DNA of 64,000 bases from the human T2T-CHM13v2.0 reference genome, Homo sapiens: assembly GCF_009914755.1 (NCBI RefSeq), contig NC_060935.1. One strand, 5' to 3'. Both the position numbers and the translations under genes were made by a program. Every line of letters starts with the position of its first letter. Positions within the stretch are counted from its first letter, which is position 1. Below are positions 39,471 to 53,584 of the stretch, piece by piece. The notes below the pieces were generated by a model. That model was not told the origin of the DNA and searched no databases. It was given only the letters and a program-made list of their open reading frames with translations.

Positions 39471-40669
39471 TGCTTGCTCCTTGCTTTTCTCTGCCCTGGA
39501 GCTACGGTGACTGTTTTTTCAAAATGTAAAATGTATCTGTTACATATGCTTTCTCAACTGTCAGGATACAATCCTAACATGGCCTGGGAGACCCTGAACC
39601 AGCTTTTGCCCAGCTCTGCCCACCACTCTTGCCTCTTCTCCTCCCACCACTACCTCACTGTCTGCAATTGGGCCACGCTGCCTGCTCATCATTTCAACAA
39701 AAGTGCTGTTTCTACACTGACCACAGGGCCTCTGCACATGCAACGCCCTCTTTCACTAGCGAAGCCCTATTTGTTCTTCACTTTTCAGCTCAGGCATCAC
39801 TTCCACAGAGAAGTCTTTCTAACTCCATCTCTAGGATGGGCCAAGATCCCTTGTGAGCCTCTTTGAGAATCTTCCTTTACACACAAGGAACTGGTGTCCG
39901 CAGCTCCTCCCCTTACCTGGGGTGAGGTTGGGGGCAACAGAAGAAGGGAAAACGACTCACTTCTCAGCGCACGCCTCCGGGATCCGTGGCCACTTATACT
40001 ATGTTCTTGTGTTGCCAACTGAAAATATCAAGTGATTAAAAATTAATCGGGCTAATAAGGCAAGTGCCAAAATTGTTAATGGTTATCTGAGCTTTCTGGT
40101 GGCTGTATGCATGAAAGACCCTCCTTCTAGATTCCTGCCTTTTCCAGGTTTCCTCTCTTCTTCTGTGTCCTCTCATTGCACAGCTGGCGTCTCCCTTTCC
40201 GTGGGACCTGTGCTATTCTCTTCCTGAGACTAGCTGGGTCCAGGAAAACATATCTTCCTGGTTCTTTGAGTGCATGTCACCCTTTGTCCAAGCCTTGGGC
40301 TCCACCACTCCTTAAAGGCTTGGAGGAGAGAGCCTGCAGTAAGCAGTGTCGGGAGGAGACAACTCGCAGGAACCTCTCAAGGAAGCAGATGTAGATGTTT
40401 CAGCCACCTGGTTTAAGCAGATCACAAAACTTAGGCAATAAATTTGACTTTAAAGCCCTCTGTCAACTACGACCAAAAAAAAAAAAAGATTCCGGGGAAG
40501 TTTTCTGATTTGGAGAAATTACATCCAGGAGTGTCTGTTGCGTAGGTTTGGGAGAAGTTGCCAATTTAAAACCTTTCTTTCAAAAGATTCAGCCTGTCCC
40601 CGCAATCACTTGGTTTTTTTCTTCCTTGCTCATTCCTGGTTTTAAGCTCTTCCCCCTGGAGACACCCCA

Positions 40670-40830
40670 CTCCATTTTTTTTGTCTCCCTCATTCTCTTC
40701 TGTCTTGGTGCACCCCGTCTCTTCCCTCTTCCATTCCCCTCCTCTGTGTTCCTCCTCCTTTTCTTCTTTCCATTCTCTGTCCTCCCCACCTTCCTTAATG
40801 CTCTCCTCTCTCTTCATCTTCATCTTCTCA
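40670..40830 (+). repeat. Pyrimidine (CT)-rich low-complexity tract
   Basis: Near-pure C/T composition. Confidence 0.8.
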
Positions 40831-42569
40831 CACACCTCCCACAGGGTTCCCATTCCAGGGGCTTCTGACAACTTGAAAGACTCTAGAGAACAAAAGAGAA
40901 CTCAGCTGTCACTAAATATTCCTCCCCGCTCCCCCACCAGTCCCTTCCCCCAAGGGCTTCGGAGTAGTTCAGGCCCCAGCTCTCTCTCTTTCTGTAAATG
41001 AGCCTCTGCCACATTTTCCTTATAAATAAGAGCCATTCAGAGCAGTTTTCTCTTGAGCTGCCTGGGGGATGGGAAGTGTCCATCCCATCTGCATCCCGCA
41101 GCCCACCATGCCGTGCTGTCAGACACCGTCCAGCCACTACACCTGAAGCCCAAAGGCAACCCATGGTTCCTGCCCAGCAAGCCCAGGGTGAGTGTGGCAT
41201 CTCCCACTGCCCTGGCACCCAGCTTCAGCAGCCCTGCCCACCAAGGCTCATGGAGCCTTGGCCAGGGAAATCTGCCTCAGGCTTGGTCAGTGTTTTAGGC
41301 AGAGAAGTCACTCCTGAATGCAGTTTAAATGTCTTTGGCAGCAACAGAACACGAAGGTCTTTTAAAGCAAGTCGTCCGCTATCTGTCAGAACAGGGGAGC
41401 CAGTTAAGATTTTATTACAGTTTATCTCCAGAGGTGGGGGTGGCGAGGGAGGGCTCAGGAGTTATTTTCCATGTGTGAGATAGACTAAGTCCTGAGGCTT
41501 GCTAAGTTTATAGATCACCAGTTGCCAGAGTTCCTTTTGCTTTTTACCCTGGAGGGGAAAAATAAAAAATTAAAACATCCACTTACAGATCAATTGCATC
41601 GTCTGCTGCTCAACAACATATGGGCCTAGGGCAGGAGGCTGTGAGCCAGGCCTCATTACTAAAGATCCCTGCAAAAATGGGTGCAACCCAGACAGCCTCT
41701 CCCTCCAAACCCCTGACCCAGGGATTGCTGTCCATGCAGCTGGAACAATGAGCACTTGTGGGGGTCCTCCCCCCATCAGTCTAGGGCCAAAGGATATCAG
41801 CTAGGGCCCCGAAAGCAATACGAGGTCTTCTACCACGTTTTTATTTTTCTTGCTTGGCTTTCTTTGAAATTTACATCCCAGAAGAATATCCTGGAACTTT
41901 TATAGATGAGGGAGTTCCTTGGGAGAGATGGAAAGGGGAGGAAGAGGAAATGGGAAGAGATTGGCGTGGGTGCAAGGAGGAGGAGGTAATGATCATTTAA
42001 AGGAGAAACGGAGGATGGAAGTGGGGTGGCGTGCAGAGCTGTGGTGGAACTCAGCCTCGGAGCTGGGCTTGGCGGGGTTGGAGAGGCCCTGGGCTGCAAG
42101 CAGGGGATCCTGTGCCTTTGAGGTACAGACTTTGAATCCACAGAAGTGTGTGTGTATCGCCCCACTTGATCCCAGCTTGCTTTCCTTCATCCCTTTATTC
42201 ATTCATCTGAAAGTCCTCATGGGAATTTGTTTTGTGACTGTTACTGGGGACACAGCAGTGTACAAGACAGGCACGTTTCTTCTTCTCTTGGAGCTTTCGA
42301 CTTGGTATCAGCCCATTTGCCTCTGTGAGGAGAGACAGTCGAAGCACCCATGAGTCGTTCTACTCTCAGAATCCAGCTCTGCCCGTGGTCTGACGAAGGC
42401 TGAGCCCCAGAGCTGCCACGTGGAGAGGCTGCTTGTCCACAGGCACAACTCCTGCAGGGCACAGCAGAAAGCGAGGAGGCATGCTGCTGGAGAAGGCCTA
42501 GCAGCAGTAACCGCCACCCTGCCAAACCTGGCCTAACATGGAAAAGACCCAGGCAGCCAACGGCCTCCT

Positions 42570-42920
42570 GAATTAGGTTGTTTGACAAAGCAATGAATGT
42601 AGCCTGGAGAGAAGCAGGCTGGAACTGCAGGGCATGCTACAGCTATCTTCAAAGATCTGAAGGAGGTCATAGAGGGGGCATGGTGGAGGTATGTACAGCG
42701 GCTCCAGAGGACACAGTTTGCAATGCTTGCTGGAAGTTATAGAAAAAGGAATTTGGGCTTACTGTAAGAAAAAATTACATGAAACATAGTAATGAGCTCC
42801 CTGTTCTTGGAGGCAGACAAGCAGTGTCTGCACCAACCTGCTAGTTAGTGATGGCACAGAAGAGGTGGCTGCACTGTATGAAGCTGGGCCTGCACGGTAT
42901 CCCATGCTCCTTCCAATTTT
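42570..42920 (+). mobile_element. L3/CR1 3' fragment
   Basis: TAGCCTGGAGAGAAG..GGCT...CTATCTTCAAAGATCTGAAGG...GGAAGTTATAG...CCTTCCAATTTTAATACTTTATGATTCT. Confidence 0.6.
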
Positions 42921-45134
42921 AATACTTTATGATTCTGTAAAACACCGAGAAACTTTATTTTTAAAGCCACAAACCACTTATTTTTAATTTGGGTGTTCCT
43001 TTCCCATATTATTATTATTTTTTGTGGTGTGGGAAAAAATGTTTCCAAGGCCCTTCCCTTCTTTGCTGCCTCTGAAAAGCCAGACCTGGGCACGTTTTCA
43101 CATGAATATTTTACCCTAGAAACTCCGGGCAAACGGGGTCCAGTGCCTTATACACTGGGAAACTGCACAGCTCTGAGCCCCTGAGAAGTGCGTAGTGTTA
43201 TCTCCAGTTTATTGTTCATTCTTAGAAGGTACTCTGATGATTATTTAACTATTTTCCTGTCTTGGTTTGAAGAGGCAGGAATTAAATGTCAGTGAGTGTG
43301 TGTAACAAGAACTATGTAACCCTGCCCTTTGGGAAGAGTGTGTGGGGGGAAGCTAAAATTACTTAGATCATGTAGGGCTGCGCTTTGAGGTTCTCTGGAG
43401 CAAGGCTTGTGATGCCTGGGACAGCAGAGCTGGCAACAGCGGGCCCAGTGCCCTCAAGCCCCTGCTTCCTGCCTGTTTCTCTGGAAGTCAGCTGAGCTTC
43501 ATGGCCACCCTAGAGCACAGCCTTGGAGCCCCTCTCCGCACACGTGGGTGTGCTGCCTGTCTCGGGTTAGCCATGGCCCATGAAGCTATCTCTGACTCCT
43601 GAGCAGCCAGACGTGGGGTGGGGTGGGGTGGCAGGGTGGGAAACCTCCCAGTCACCAACAGTGACCTTGGTGAGGCGCTGGGGGTGAGTCAGATCCTCCT
43701 CACAGACTACACACGGCTGCCACCTCCTGGAACTTGCCATAACCCAGGCAACTCTCAGATCCTGGGCCTTCACTTGTGATGTCAGGGATGGGGGCATTGC
43801 AAAGGAGGGAGGCGGGGACAATGGCTGGATGTTACCTGCTCTCTACTCTGGAAACCCAAGGCTGGAGGCTGCTGCAGCTCTGGGCGCCCTGGGGGCTTCT
43901 GCCAGCCCCGCCTGGCTTCCCTCTTGGAACAGAATGGAATCCTCACAGGTTTATAAAACCAAGCCTGATTTCAGGAAAGGGGGTGTCCTTTGGGGCACCT
44001 TTGATTTATCCTGCCATCCTCATCCACATCATGCCCCACAAGAAGCCCTTTCTCTCTGAGCCGAGGTGCTGTCACAAGCTGTTCAGAGGCCCCCATGCCC
44101 TAGTACCTCTGAGACAAGCAGTTGCTGTGGCAAAGGAGAGGCACCAAACAAAGACACTGGCCCTCTCTAAAGACTCTTGGTGACTCTAGAGCCAGAAGTC
44201 AACAGTGGGATGGACAGATCATCTCCAGCTCCTGTCTTCAAAACGCACCTGTGTTTTAACGGCTCCCCAGGGAAGGAGATCCAGTCACTGGTTAACATTC
44301 TGCGATGGTGTCTGATAGCCCTCACCAGCTCCAGAATGTTCCTATCCCTCTTAGGCTTTCTTTTTGTATCTTCATCACTCTGACGTTGGTGCTCTTTCAG
44401 GTCCTGTTTGCTGCAACCCTGACTGGAACCTCCACATTTAAGTTCCTAATGAAATCTTCTCTTTGACTTTTGCTCATTTATAAAACTTTGTGCCAGCTCT
44501 TGGGGTCCAGAGAAATCAGTTTCTAGACCAAATGCCAAGTGCCATCTCCCAAATCTGCAGGTGAGGGTAGTCACTAAAATGCCAAGTGACCTGTTTGCAA
44601 GCCGACAGCTGAGGGTGACCTTGCTGGCTGGGCTAGGCCAAATGGGCTCCGGCGTTCAGTGTGTCTCATTTCTCTGCTATTTGACCTGGTTCACATTTGG
44701 CTGCGGGGATTGAGCCCAGGCAGTGGGCCCAACTCAGCGGTGTCCTCTGGCCTCTGCACAAGATCTTTATCATGAAGCTAGGCAAGGGCTGTATAATCCT
44801 TTCCGTTACTTCAGGGTAATGGTCGAGGTAGGAAGGAGCTCTGGGTGACCTGCCTGGAAGAACAGGTTGAGGTTTATAAGGTTGATTTCAGTAGGTTTTG
44901 GGGTTTAATGGGTAGGGAAAGGAGAGGGGCTGGCTGATGATGGCCAGGCCATAGCACTGAAGTCCAAAGACCCAAGGTATACAGAGATCAAAGCTTCAGG
45001 TTGGGCAGGAAATTTGTGCAGGCCAGCCTGGAGAGCATTCTTAAGTCTTGAGGATGGTACATTCCCCAAGGGCAATGACCACTTCGTAAATGTATTTTCA
45101 CTCCCTTAGAAAACTCAGCACAGTACTGTCACAT

Positions 45135-45360
45135 AGTATACAGACGATGGTCAAGAGCACTGAGTTCCAAGCCCTGCTCTAGGATTTAGCCTTGTGACTT
45201 GGGCGAGTTAATTAAATTATCTTCTCTGTGCCTCAGTGGGCTCGTTTGTTAAATGGAGATAATAATAGTACTTGCCTTACATGACTGTTACAAGGATTAA
45301 ATGAGAGGATAAGCAATTATAGCAGTGTCTTGCTAATAGTATTAGGCACACAACAGGTAA
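45135..45360 (+). mobile_element. MIR
   Basis: GTGACTTGGGCGAGTTA..CTCTGTGCCTCAGT..AAATGGAGATAATAATAGTAC..GGATTAAATGAG. Confidence 0.8.
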
Positions 45361-48300
45361 TGATTGAGTGAACGGCTAAAATTCAGATGGAATTATATTG
45401 CAGGAGGACTAAATTCCTAGTTTGAGGCTGTTTATCTCCAGTGCTTGATTTCTGGTATTTGTCACCTATTTTATATGCTGGAGAGTTTTATAATTATTTA
45501 AATCATGTCACCAAGACAGCCTGGAAGAAACTAGTACATGTATTGAAACCCCTTCCACCTCGAGGCTGGAAGCTGGGGCCAGGCAAGCACTGCCGCCACG
45601 TTCGCCACACACGTTTAAGTTCAGGGGCTGAAATGTGCAATTTTTTGCTGTTGATGGAGCTACAGCTGCCTGGACAGACCTAGGCTACACTGCTCAGCCC
45701 CGTGCTGCAGCTGGCTCCTCTCATGACCAGAGGCCAACATACATCCCATGGTTTGTTAGGGTCAGGGCAGCCACCTGGGGCCACAGACCAGAATGCTGCT
45801 CACTTATCTCCTTGGGGATTTGCATTTAGCCCTTGGCCTTGCTGGCCCTCTGCTCTGGCCACCTGAGAAAGCTGGCACAAGACAACAGGAAATTGGAAGC
45901 TATGTCACAGGTCAGGTGTCCAGGGAAAGGCCTGAAGGTGACCACCCTGGGTGTCATGTGGAGGGAAGGGAGGACACCCTGGCAGGAAAGCCTGGACTCA
46001 GCTTGGGCTGTAGCCAACCCCTCTCTCTTCAAAGCACCCACCAAAAAAGCTGTAACAGAGCAGAATGGCTGGGCCTCTCTCACCCCTTCCTTTCCCGCAC
46101 TGAGCTCGCCTGTGCACCGGCCTCAGGACTCGCCTGCCAAGTCCCTTGGCTTCCCTCCGCAGTCTGTGGAATCTGAGCAGGATGATCCCTGGCCCAGCTG
46201 TTAGGAATCATTTTGAGGATGAAAACAATTAAGCTGGGCAAGAAGCCCACCACCGAATCCTGCCCCCTTTTTTGCACCCTTGCCCATTGTTCTCCTTCAC
46301 CCCTTTCCGGGTCACCTTTTCTATCTATCCACGAACCTGCTGAGAACATTCACTGACAGTGTGCTGGCTTTGGAGGCACCCGCCCAACCCTGTGGATTTG
46401 GAGATCCTGGGGTGTGGGAGGAAGGGGTAACCGGATTCTGGAAGCATCTCCCCCCGCAGGAGGCTCGGCCAGATTCAGCCAAAGTGCTGGCCATCTGTGT
46501 AACGTTGCTAAGCAGTGTCCTTTCCTGGACTTGTCCTCCCTGCCCTCTGGGCATCAGAACTCTTGGTGCTGAAGTAACAGATATGCACACTGAGGCATGT
46601 CTAAGGAAGGCTGTGAGCCATTTATCCATCCACCCTAGGCAGCCCTTCAGGCTCTGCAGGCCAGAGAGCTCACTGCTGCATCTGAAGAAGTTCCTCAGAT
46701 ATTTTGAATGTTCCCTGCAAGGGCAGGACTAGCTGAAGGAAGTGCTAGACAGGGTCCTGGGGCTCTGGACTCCAGCCTGCGAGCCAGGCAAGGGGATGAC
46801 GGCAGCATCTTTGGTCTCTGGTGCTCCACATGGCTCCTGAACTCCTCTGGACGGTGTCTGTCTCTCCTGCCCCCCAGGCCACTGTGTTCTTCCCGCTGCT
46901 GTGTCCTGGTATCTAGGACCATGCCTGGCACACAGTAGGCTCTCAGCAAATTTGTCTCACTAAGGCTGACAATGCCCACTTTCTGCAGCAGGGCCAGCAT
47001 CCTTTCTTCACGTTAAGGCGTTGCTATTCCTTCTTCACCTGGGTTATTTGCCTTAAGTATCAAAGTCCTAAGCTAAAGAAACAAAACGCTAAGGTGGATG
47101 ATTTCAGGCATCGACAAGGGAGAAGAAGGCCTGTCTTGGGGAGGAGGTGACAATGGGAGCTTCGGGAAGACAGAGAATGCCTGTGAGGCTCAGCTCCCCA
47201 ACTGTCCCTAGAACTTCTTCATTATCTCTGTGGCCCCAGGAAAGGGACCCAGAGGCTGGCCCATGCCCAGTGTGAAAGCTGGCAGCAGGCGTGCAGGGGG
47301 AGGGGGGAAAAGCAGCCCGAAGTGCATTTCTCAGTGCATTTCTCAGCATATCACCTTACTCTGATCCACCCTGTTGGTGAGGGCGGCTGCCCCGCCCACC
47401 TTCACAGCTGCCGGGGTGTGGCTGGGGAGGGGAGCCTGGGCTGTGAGAACAGATGATTTCAATTTAAGCAGCATTTGGGGAGAGTCCTGTTCCACTTGCT
47501 CATTTTTCTTAGCACTCCCCCCACCCCTGCTCCGAAACTTGATTCAATCAGTGGTGGATGGGAAAGGCCCGTTTCCATGACAACCCCACTGTGAGAGAGA
47601 AAAATCGGCCACAGAGCAGGCTAGAATTTTATCTGGAAGAGGGCACTTGGGTAGGTTTAGAAATGGAGGCCCAGCAAACAGTGCGATGGGCTCGCATCCC
47701 ATGGTGGGACCTCGGACCCTGGAGAAGGCATGGAACACGGGGTGCCATCAAGGATGTTTATGCTCAGAGAGACACACCTGCTCGTTGCCTGGTTTCCATT
47801 AAACCTGCCTGATCTCTCTGGGCTCCAGTCCTACCGCTTGGGTTTATTTTCATGGCTGATGTAACCCAACCAGACTGATGAGTCTGGATCTTTCTCTTTT
47901 TCGTACAGTGCTTCCTGTTTAGTTAAGCGTGTTCAATATTTCTGTGCACATTCATTTCCCATCTGATGTTTCCAAAGATGACTGTGGTCTCGATTTCATC
48001 TTCCAAGGCGAATGCTCTGGAGCCCAAGGACCCAGAGGTGTTGATAGAAAGCATGGTGTGGACATTGTTCACAAAGTTTCGATCCAAAGGGAGGGGATCT
48101 TTGGGAAAGATTAAGGGTTTCAGTTCAATCTCTACACCCTTTTAGAGTTGTAGAAGTTGAGTTTCTAAGGAGAAATTATTGGCTGGACGTAGTGTCCCAG
48201 CCTGTGTCCAGAATGAGATGTTCAGGAAAGGTGTTTCTAGGAGGGACGTTGCTCTGAAAATGTCCAAGTCTGGGCTTGAGGACTCAGGATACATTGACTC

Positions 48301-49939
48301 CTATCATTCTCTGAGATTCTCAGTCTGCTGGTTTCCTTGCAGATCTATATGCCAGCCCAGCTCTGGGCCTGGCAGAACTCATGGCCCTAGGTTTGGAAAA
48401 ATCCCCAAATGTAATCTCCTCCAAGGGTTTTGCCCTTCACTCTGAACTCCATGGGGCCTTTTAAAGTAGATTGAATCCATATGTTTCTGATTCATTTACA
48501 CTTAACTCATCAGAATGTTCCTTTTTTTTAAATGCGTGATTTGTTGTCTTAAGATGCCTTTGCAGTCTTGTTTATAAGTGCTTCTTTCGCCTTTAGAAAC
48601 AAGATACTATGTCTTGTCAAGGCATGTGTTGGGGTGGCTGTAGTAGAGACCTTCTAGTTTCAGGTCTGAGTCTCATTTTGGTTCCTAAGAGGAAATGCAC
48701 TATTTTTGCAGAGCTGCTTGGTTTGAGTGTTAAAAGATTTCATTTACGCTCTGAGCATGGGTTTGACAGGAAATATTTTTACTCCTTCCCTTAGGTTGGA
48801 AACTCAGTGAACGCCGCTTCTGAGTAGCAAAGAAACCTTGGGAAAATTACTTAATCCTTTTGGTCCTCCAGTCTTTCCTCTGTAAACTGGGGATGAAAAT
48901 ACCCCCACATCACAGGGCTGTCATGGCAATAATGTACTTCAAGATGTTATAAAAACATGAGTCATAGAATTAGCTGGGGTTCCTCTAAACAAGCCCATGC
49001 ATTGCTCTAGCCTTTCCTTCATATGTCATCCCTTGGGTCCGCTTTACTCCAATTAATACATCGAGACTCAACCCAAACATCACATAGTCTAAGATCTTCC
49101 TTGTATATCAGCCTTGACCCCCGAAGAACAGTCCGTCAGTCTCTCCCCTGTGTCCATGCAACATCTTACCCATGTCTCTATCCTCCGACTCATCACTTGT
49201 TAGCAATTTGTTTATATAGCCCTATTTTCCCTTTATAAAACTGAGATCTCCTTGAGGGCAGGAAAATTATATTCATCTTGGTATTTCCAAAGACATGGAC
49301 AGAGTCTGGCTCATGGAGGGGCTCAATAATAGTTGAAAATAAGAAAAAAAGACAGCAAAGGGAATACAATGCTATAAATTCTTTTGGGAAATCAGGATGA
49401 ATCCGGTTAACTCCACCTGGCTTTGTAAGAAGTGAGGCTAAGGAGAAAGTAATTAGTAAGATTTCTCCTTTTTTCTGTAAGAACTGTTAATGCCAATTAG
49501 AGGGCAGCTTCCAAAAACCACCAGTAGCAACAGCACACTTCTTCAGTAACTATATCAGCTCCTTTGGTCACGCCCAAGTTTTTGAGACAAAACTAGAGAT
49601 ACCCAACCCATAGGGTCATATGTAATAATAAATATCAAGGTCCTACAGTAGAATTCCAAGCTATTTCCTTCTTTAAAGTATATCATGTGTAATGGGAAAG
49701 AGGAAAGTCTTTTCCCATTTTATGAAGGATTTTATTGTCAACACTGGTCCTCAATCCAACACTCTCTCTCAATCCATAACCTATGAGCATAGCCTTGGAG
49801 AAATAAAAAATAGGTCCATATAAATCCAACATTCAGAGTCATTGAATGTTAGATATGTAAAAAGCAAAGTGTGACTGCTAGTCACTGTAGGTCTTGGGGC
49901 AGCAAAGAAGCATTGAAAAGATCCCTGCCTTTGAGTATT

Positions 49940-50385
49940 GGTTGTAGATAAAGAGGCACAGCTAACTGCATGGCAGAGAAGATTCTGATAATTGCTAAAA
50001 CAAAGGAACAAAGCATGGATACAGAGGAGGGAAAAGTACCTATGACCAGTTTAATCTGGGAAGGCTTCATGGGGGAAAGGTGGTAACATTTGACCTGAAC
50101 TTTGAAATACAGCTAGAACTTGACAGATGGTAATAGAGAGAGCTTCCAGACAAAGAGAATAACCACCTGAACATAGTTCATAAGGTGGACATGTGCAGAG
50201 CATATTTTATGAACATCAAACAAACCAGGCTGGAGTGTATAGTTACTGGAAGGAACAGTGAGAAATTAGGCCAGAAAGATAGGCTTGAGCTTGAAGTTAA
50301 GGACTTAAGACTTTATATCACTATTTTTTATTATGGAATGACTTTTTCAGAACTATGGTATAGAAAGATCATCCAGGCCACAGTG
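49940..50385 (-). mobile_element. L2 fragment
   Basis: GGGAAGGCTTCATGG..GGTAACATTTGACCTGAACTTTGAA...CAGGCTGGAGTG...AGAAAGATCA. Confidence 0.6.
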
Positions 50386-50387
50386 TA

Positions 50388-50640
50388 ATAATAATAGTCA
50401 TCCTTTATTGAATACCTGCTATATTCAAGCAACCATTCTAACTGATTTATATGAATTAATTCATTTCATTGTCATTTCAATCTATGAGGTAGATTATATC
50501 CCATTTTACAGATGAGTAAAATGAGGCACAGATAGGCTGGGTGACCTTCCCAAGTCCAAACTGCCAGAAATCAATAGAACCAGAATTCAGATCTTGATTT
50601 TTGGCCCCAGACCCCATGCCCTTAACACTTAACACTCTCA
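50388..50640 (-). mobile_element. MIR
   Basis: CCCATTTTACAGATGAGTAAAATGAGGCACAGA. Confidence 0.85.
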
Positions 50641-52630
50641 TAGCAAAGAAGCAGAAAGCAGGCAATTAGAAGCTATTTCAGTATCCAGTAACAAGTTCTG
50701 AGGGCTGAATGGAAACAGTGGTTTAGAAAGAGAAAGAAAACATGTATGAATGACATAGTAGAGGCACTGCCCCCAGTTTGCTGTGGAGTGGAGGATGGTG
50801 AAGGAGAGCAGAGTCAGAGAAGACTTTGTGGCTTGGGATTTGAACCACAAAAGGCAAAGTAAATTTCAATGGGAAGGTGAAGGGTTCAGTTTTGAACATG
50901 TGGAACATAATACACATGTGATACTATCTTGCAAAATGTTGGAAGTGTGGGCTGGAGAAAGTTTGCAGCTACAGATGTTGAAACATTGTGGGAATCATTG
51001 AAGCCAGAGTAGGTCAGGCCATCAGGAGAAGCACAATCTCTTTGATGCCTTGTAAGATAAACTCTCATCATTTTTCTTTTTCTGGTTACTCAAGGTATAA
51101 AATTCAGTTGTTGATTTGAGATCTTTCTTTTTTCAAATGTGAATACTTATGGCTACAGATTTTTCTCTTTGCACTGCCTTCACGGCATCCTATAAGTTTT
51201 GGTATGTTGTATTTTCATTTTCATTTATCTCAAGGTATTTTCTAATTTCTCTTGTGATTTTGTCTTTAACACATATGTTGTTTAAGAGTGTGTGTTTAAT
51301 TTCCACATATTTGTAACTTTCCAGTTTTCCTTCTACTATTGATTTCTAGTTTTATCTTATTGTGGTTAAAAAAGATATGTTGTGTGACTTCAATAATTTT
51401 AAATCTGTTATGTCTTGTTTAAATCTGTTATGACCTGAAAAATGTTCCAGGTAACACTTGAGAAAATATGTACCCTGCTGGTGTTGAGTGAAGCATCCTG
51501 CATATGTATGTTAGGTATAATTGGTTTGTAGTTGTTGAAGTTCTCTATTTCCTTATTGATCTTCTGTCTGGTTGTCTTATCAATTTTTGAAAGTAGGGTA
51601 TTGAAACCTTCTATTATTGTAGGCATGTGTACTTCTCCCTTCGAGTCTGTCAATGTTTGCTTCATATATTTTGGAGCTCTGATATCTGATGCATACATGT
51701 TTATATTTGCTATATCTTCTTGGTAAATTAACTCTTTAATCAATATATAATAACCTTCTTTGTCTCCTGTAAAGTTTTTAATAGTATGTTGTCTGGTATT
51801 AGTATAGCCATTCTTAACGGTTTTTTGCTGATATTTGCGTAGAGTATTTTTTACTATCCATTTTCTTTCAACCTATGTGTGTCTTTAGATCTAAAGTGAG
51901 TGTCTTATAGGCAGCATATAATTGGATTATGCTTTTTACAAAATACATTATGGCAACCTGTGCCTTTTGTTTGGGAAGTTTAAACCATTTACATTGAAAG
52001 TAATTAGTAATAGGGAAGAACTTTCTTGTGCCATTTTGTTATTTTTCTGTAAGTCTTATAGCTTTTTTGTTGCTTATTTCCTCCATTCATTATTTGGGTT
52101 TAGTTGATTTTCTTGTAGTGACAAGTTTTGATTTCCTTCTATTTTCCTTTTGTGTATATTCTATACATATTTTCTTTGGGGTTACATGGGGATTACATAT
52201 AGTATCCTAAAATTATAACATTCTATTTTGAATTGATACCAAATTTACTTCAATTGCATACAAAAACTATACTTCTTTGAAACTACTCCCAATACTTTAT
52301 GTTATTCAGGTCACAAATTATATATATAGTGTACACCTTAACATAGATTTATAGTTATTTGTATGCACTGGTTTTTTAAATACCATAGAAAATAAAAAGT
52401 GGGGTTGTAAACCAGAATTACAATGCCAGACTTTACATTTGTCCATATCTTTACTTTTACCAGAGATCTTCATATCTTCTTTGAGTTACTTTATAGCATC
52501 CTTTCTTTTCAACCTGAAGAACTCACGTTAGCATTTCTCGTAGGGCAGAACTAGAAGTAATGCATTTTCTCAGTTTTCGTTTTGTCTTTATTTCTCCCTC
52601 ATTTTTGAAGGACAGTTTTGCTAGATACAG

Positions 52631-52631
<1 letters not shown>

Positions 52632-52671
<40 letters not shown>

Positions 52672-52677
52672 TGTGTG
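52632..52677 (+). repeat. (TG)n microsatellite
   Basis: Direct inspection. Confidence 0.96.
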
Positions 52678-53294
52678 TTTTATTTTGGGACTTTAAATAT
52701 TGTACAATTGCCTTCTGGTCTCTAAGGCTTCTGATGAGAAACTAATCTTACTGAGGATCTACCATATATGATGAATAACTTTTCTCTTGCTCTTTCAAGA
52801 TTTTCTTTGTTTTAGCCTTTCAGCAGTTTGTCTTCAATGTGTCTCAGCATGGGTCTTTTTGGTTTTATCCTACTTGAAATTCATTGAGATTCTTGAATTT
52901 GTAGACTCATGTCTTTCCTCAAATTTGGTAAGTTTTCAGCCATTATTTCTTCACATAAGCTCTCTTACCCTTTCTCTCTTCTCTTTCTGGGACTTTCACA
53001 GTCATATATTGATCCTCTTGATAGTATCTCTAAATCCCTTAGGCTCTGTTCACTTTTCTTTATTCTTTTTTCTTTCTGCTCTTCAGACTTGATAATTTCA
53101 AATGTCCTATTTTCAAGTTTACTGATACTTTCTTCTACCTATTCAAGTCTGCTACTGAAACCTGCTAATTTATTTTTCATTTCAGTTTTTGTATTTTTCA
53201 GCTCCATCATTTGTTTGGCTGATTTTATAATTTCTATCTTTTTGTTGATACATTCATTTTGTTCATATATTGTTTTCCTGATTTTCTTTCATTC

Positions 53295-53584
53295 TTTTTT
53301 TCTTTTTTTTTGAGACAGGGTCTTATTCTGTTGCCCATGCTGGAATGCAGTGGCAGGATCATGGCTCACTGAAGCCTTGATTTTTCTAGGCTCAAGCAAT
53401 CCTCCCACTTCAGCCTCCTGAGTAGCTGGGACTACAGGCACATGCCACCATGCAGAGCTAATTTTTTTTTTTTTTTAACAGAGACAGGGGTCTCGCCATA
53501 TTGCCCAGGCTGAGCTCAAGCGATCCTCCTTACTACAGCCTCCCAAAGTGCTAGGATTACAGGCATAAGCCACTGTGCCCAGCC
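53295..53584 (-). mobile_element. AluJ
   Basis: AluJ-type GAGACAGGGTCT, GATCATGGCTCACTG, GGCTCAAGCAATCCTCCCAC; small internal deletion. Confidence 0.92.

Noticed and set aside
39258-39866. Longest ORF in the track (202 aa)
   Set aside because: Non-ATG start, spans LTR16-like and L2 remnants, no recognisable domain; consistent with chance.
40548-41483. Cluster of overlapping ORFs
   Set aside because: Explained by a CT-rich low-complexity tract and GC-rich, stop-poor sequence; translations are compositionally biased.
45441-47000. Many 80-150 aa ORFs on both strands
   Set aside because: Higher GC lowers stop frequency; no recognisable homology or consistent exon structure.
47870-48300. Polypyrimidine tract plus CAG acceptor at ~47890-47908 and a stop-poor minus-strand frame
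   Set aside because: No matching donor or recognisable protein family; an exon cannot be supported from sequence alone.
51408-51743. ORF with endonuclease-like sequence
   Set aside because: Degenerate L1 ORF2 fragment, not a host gene or an active element.
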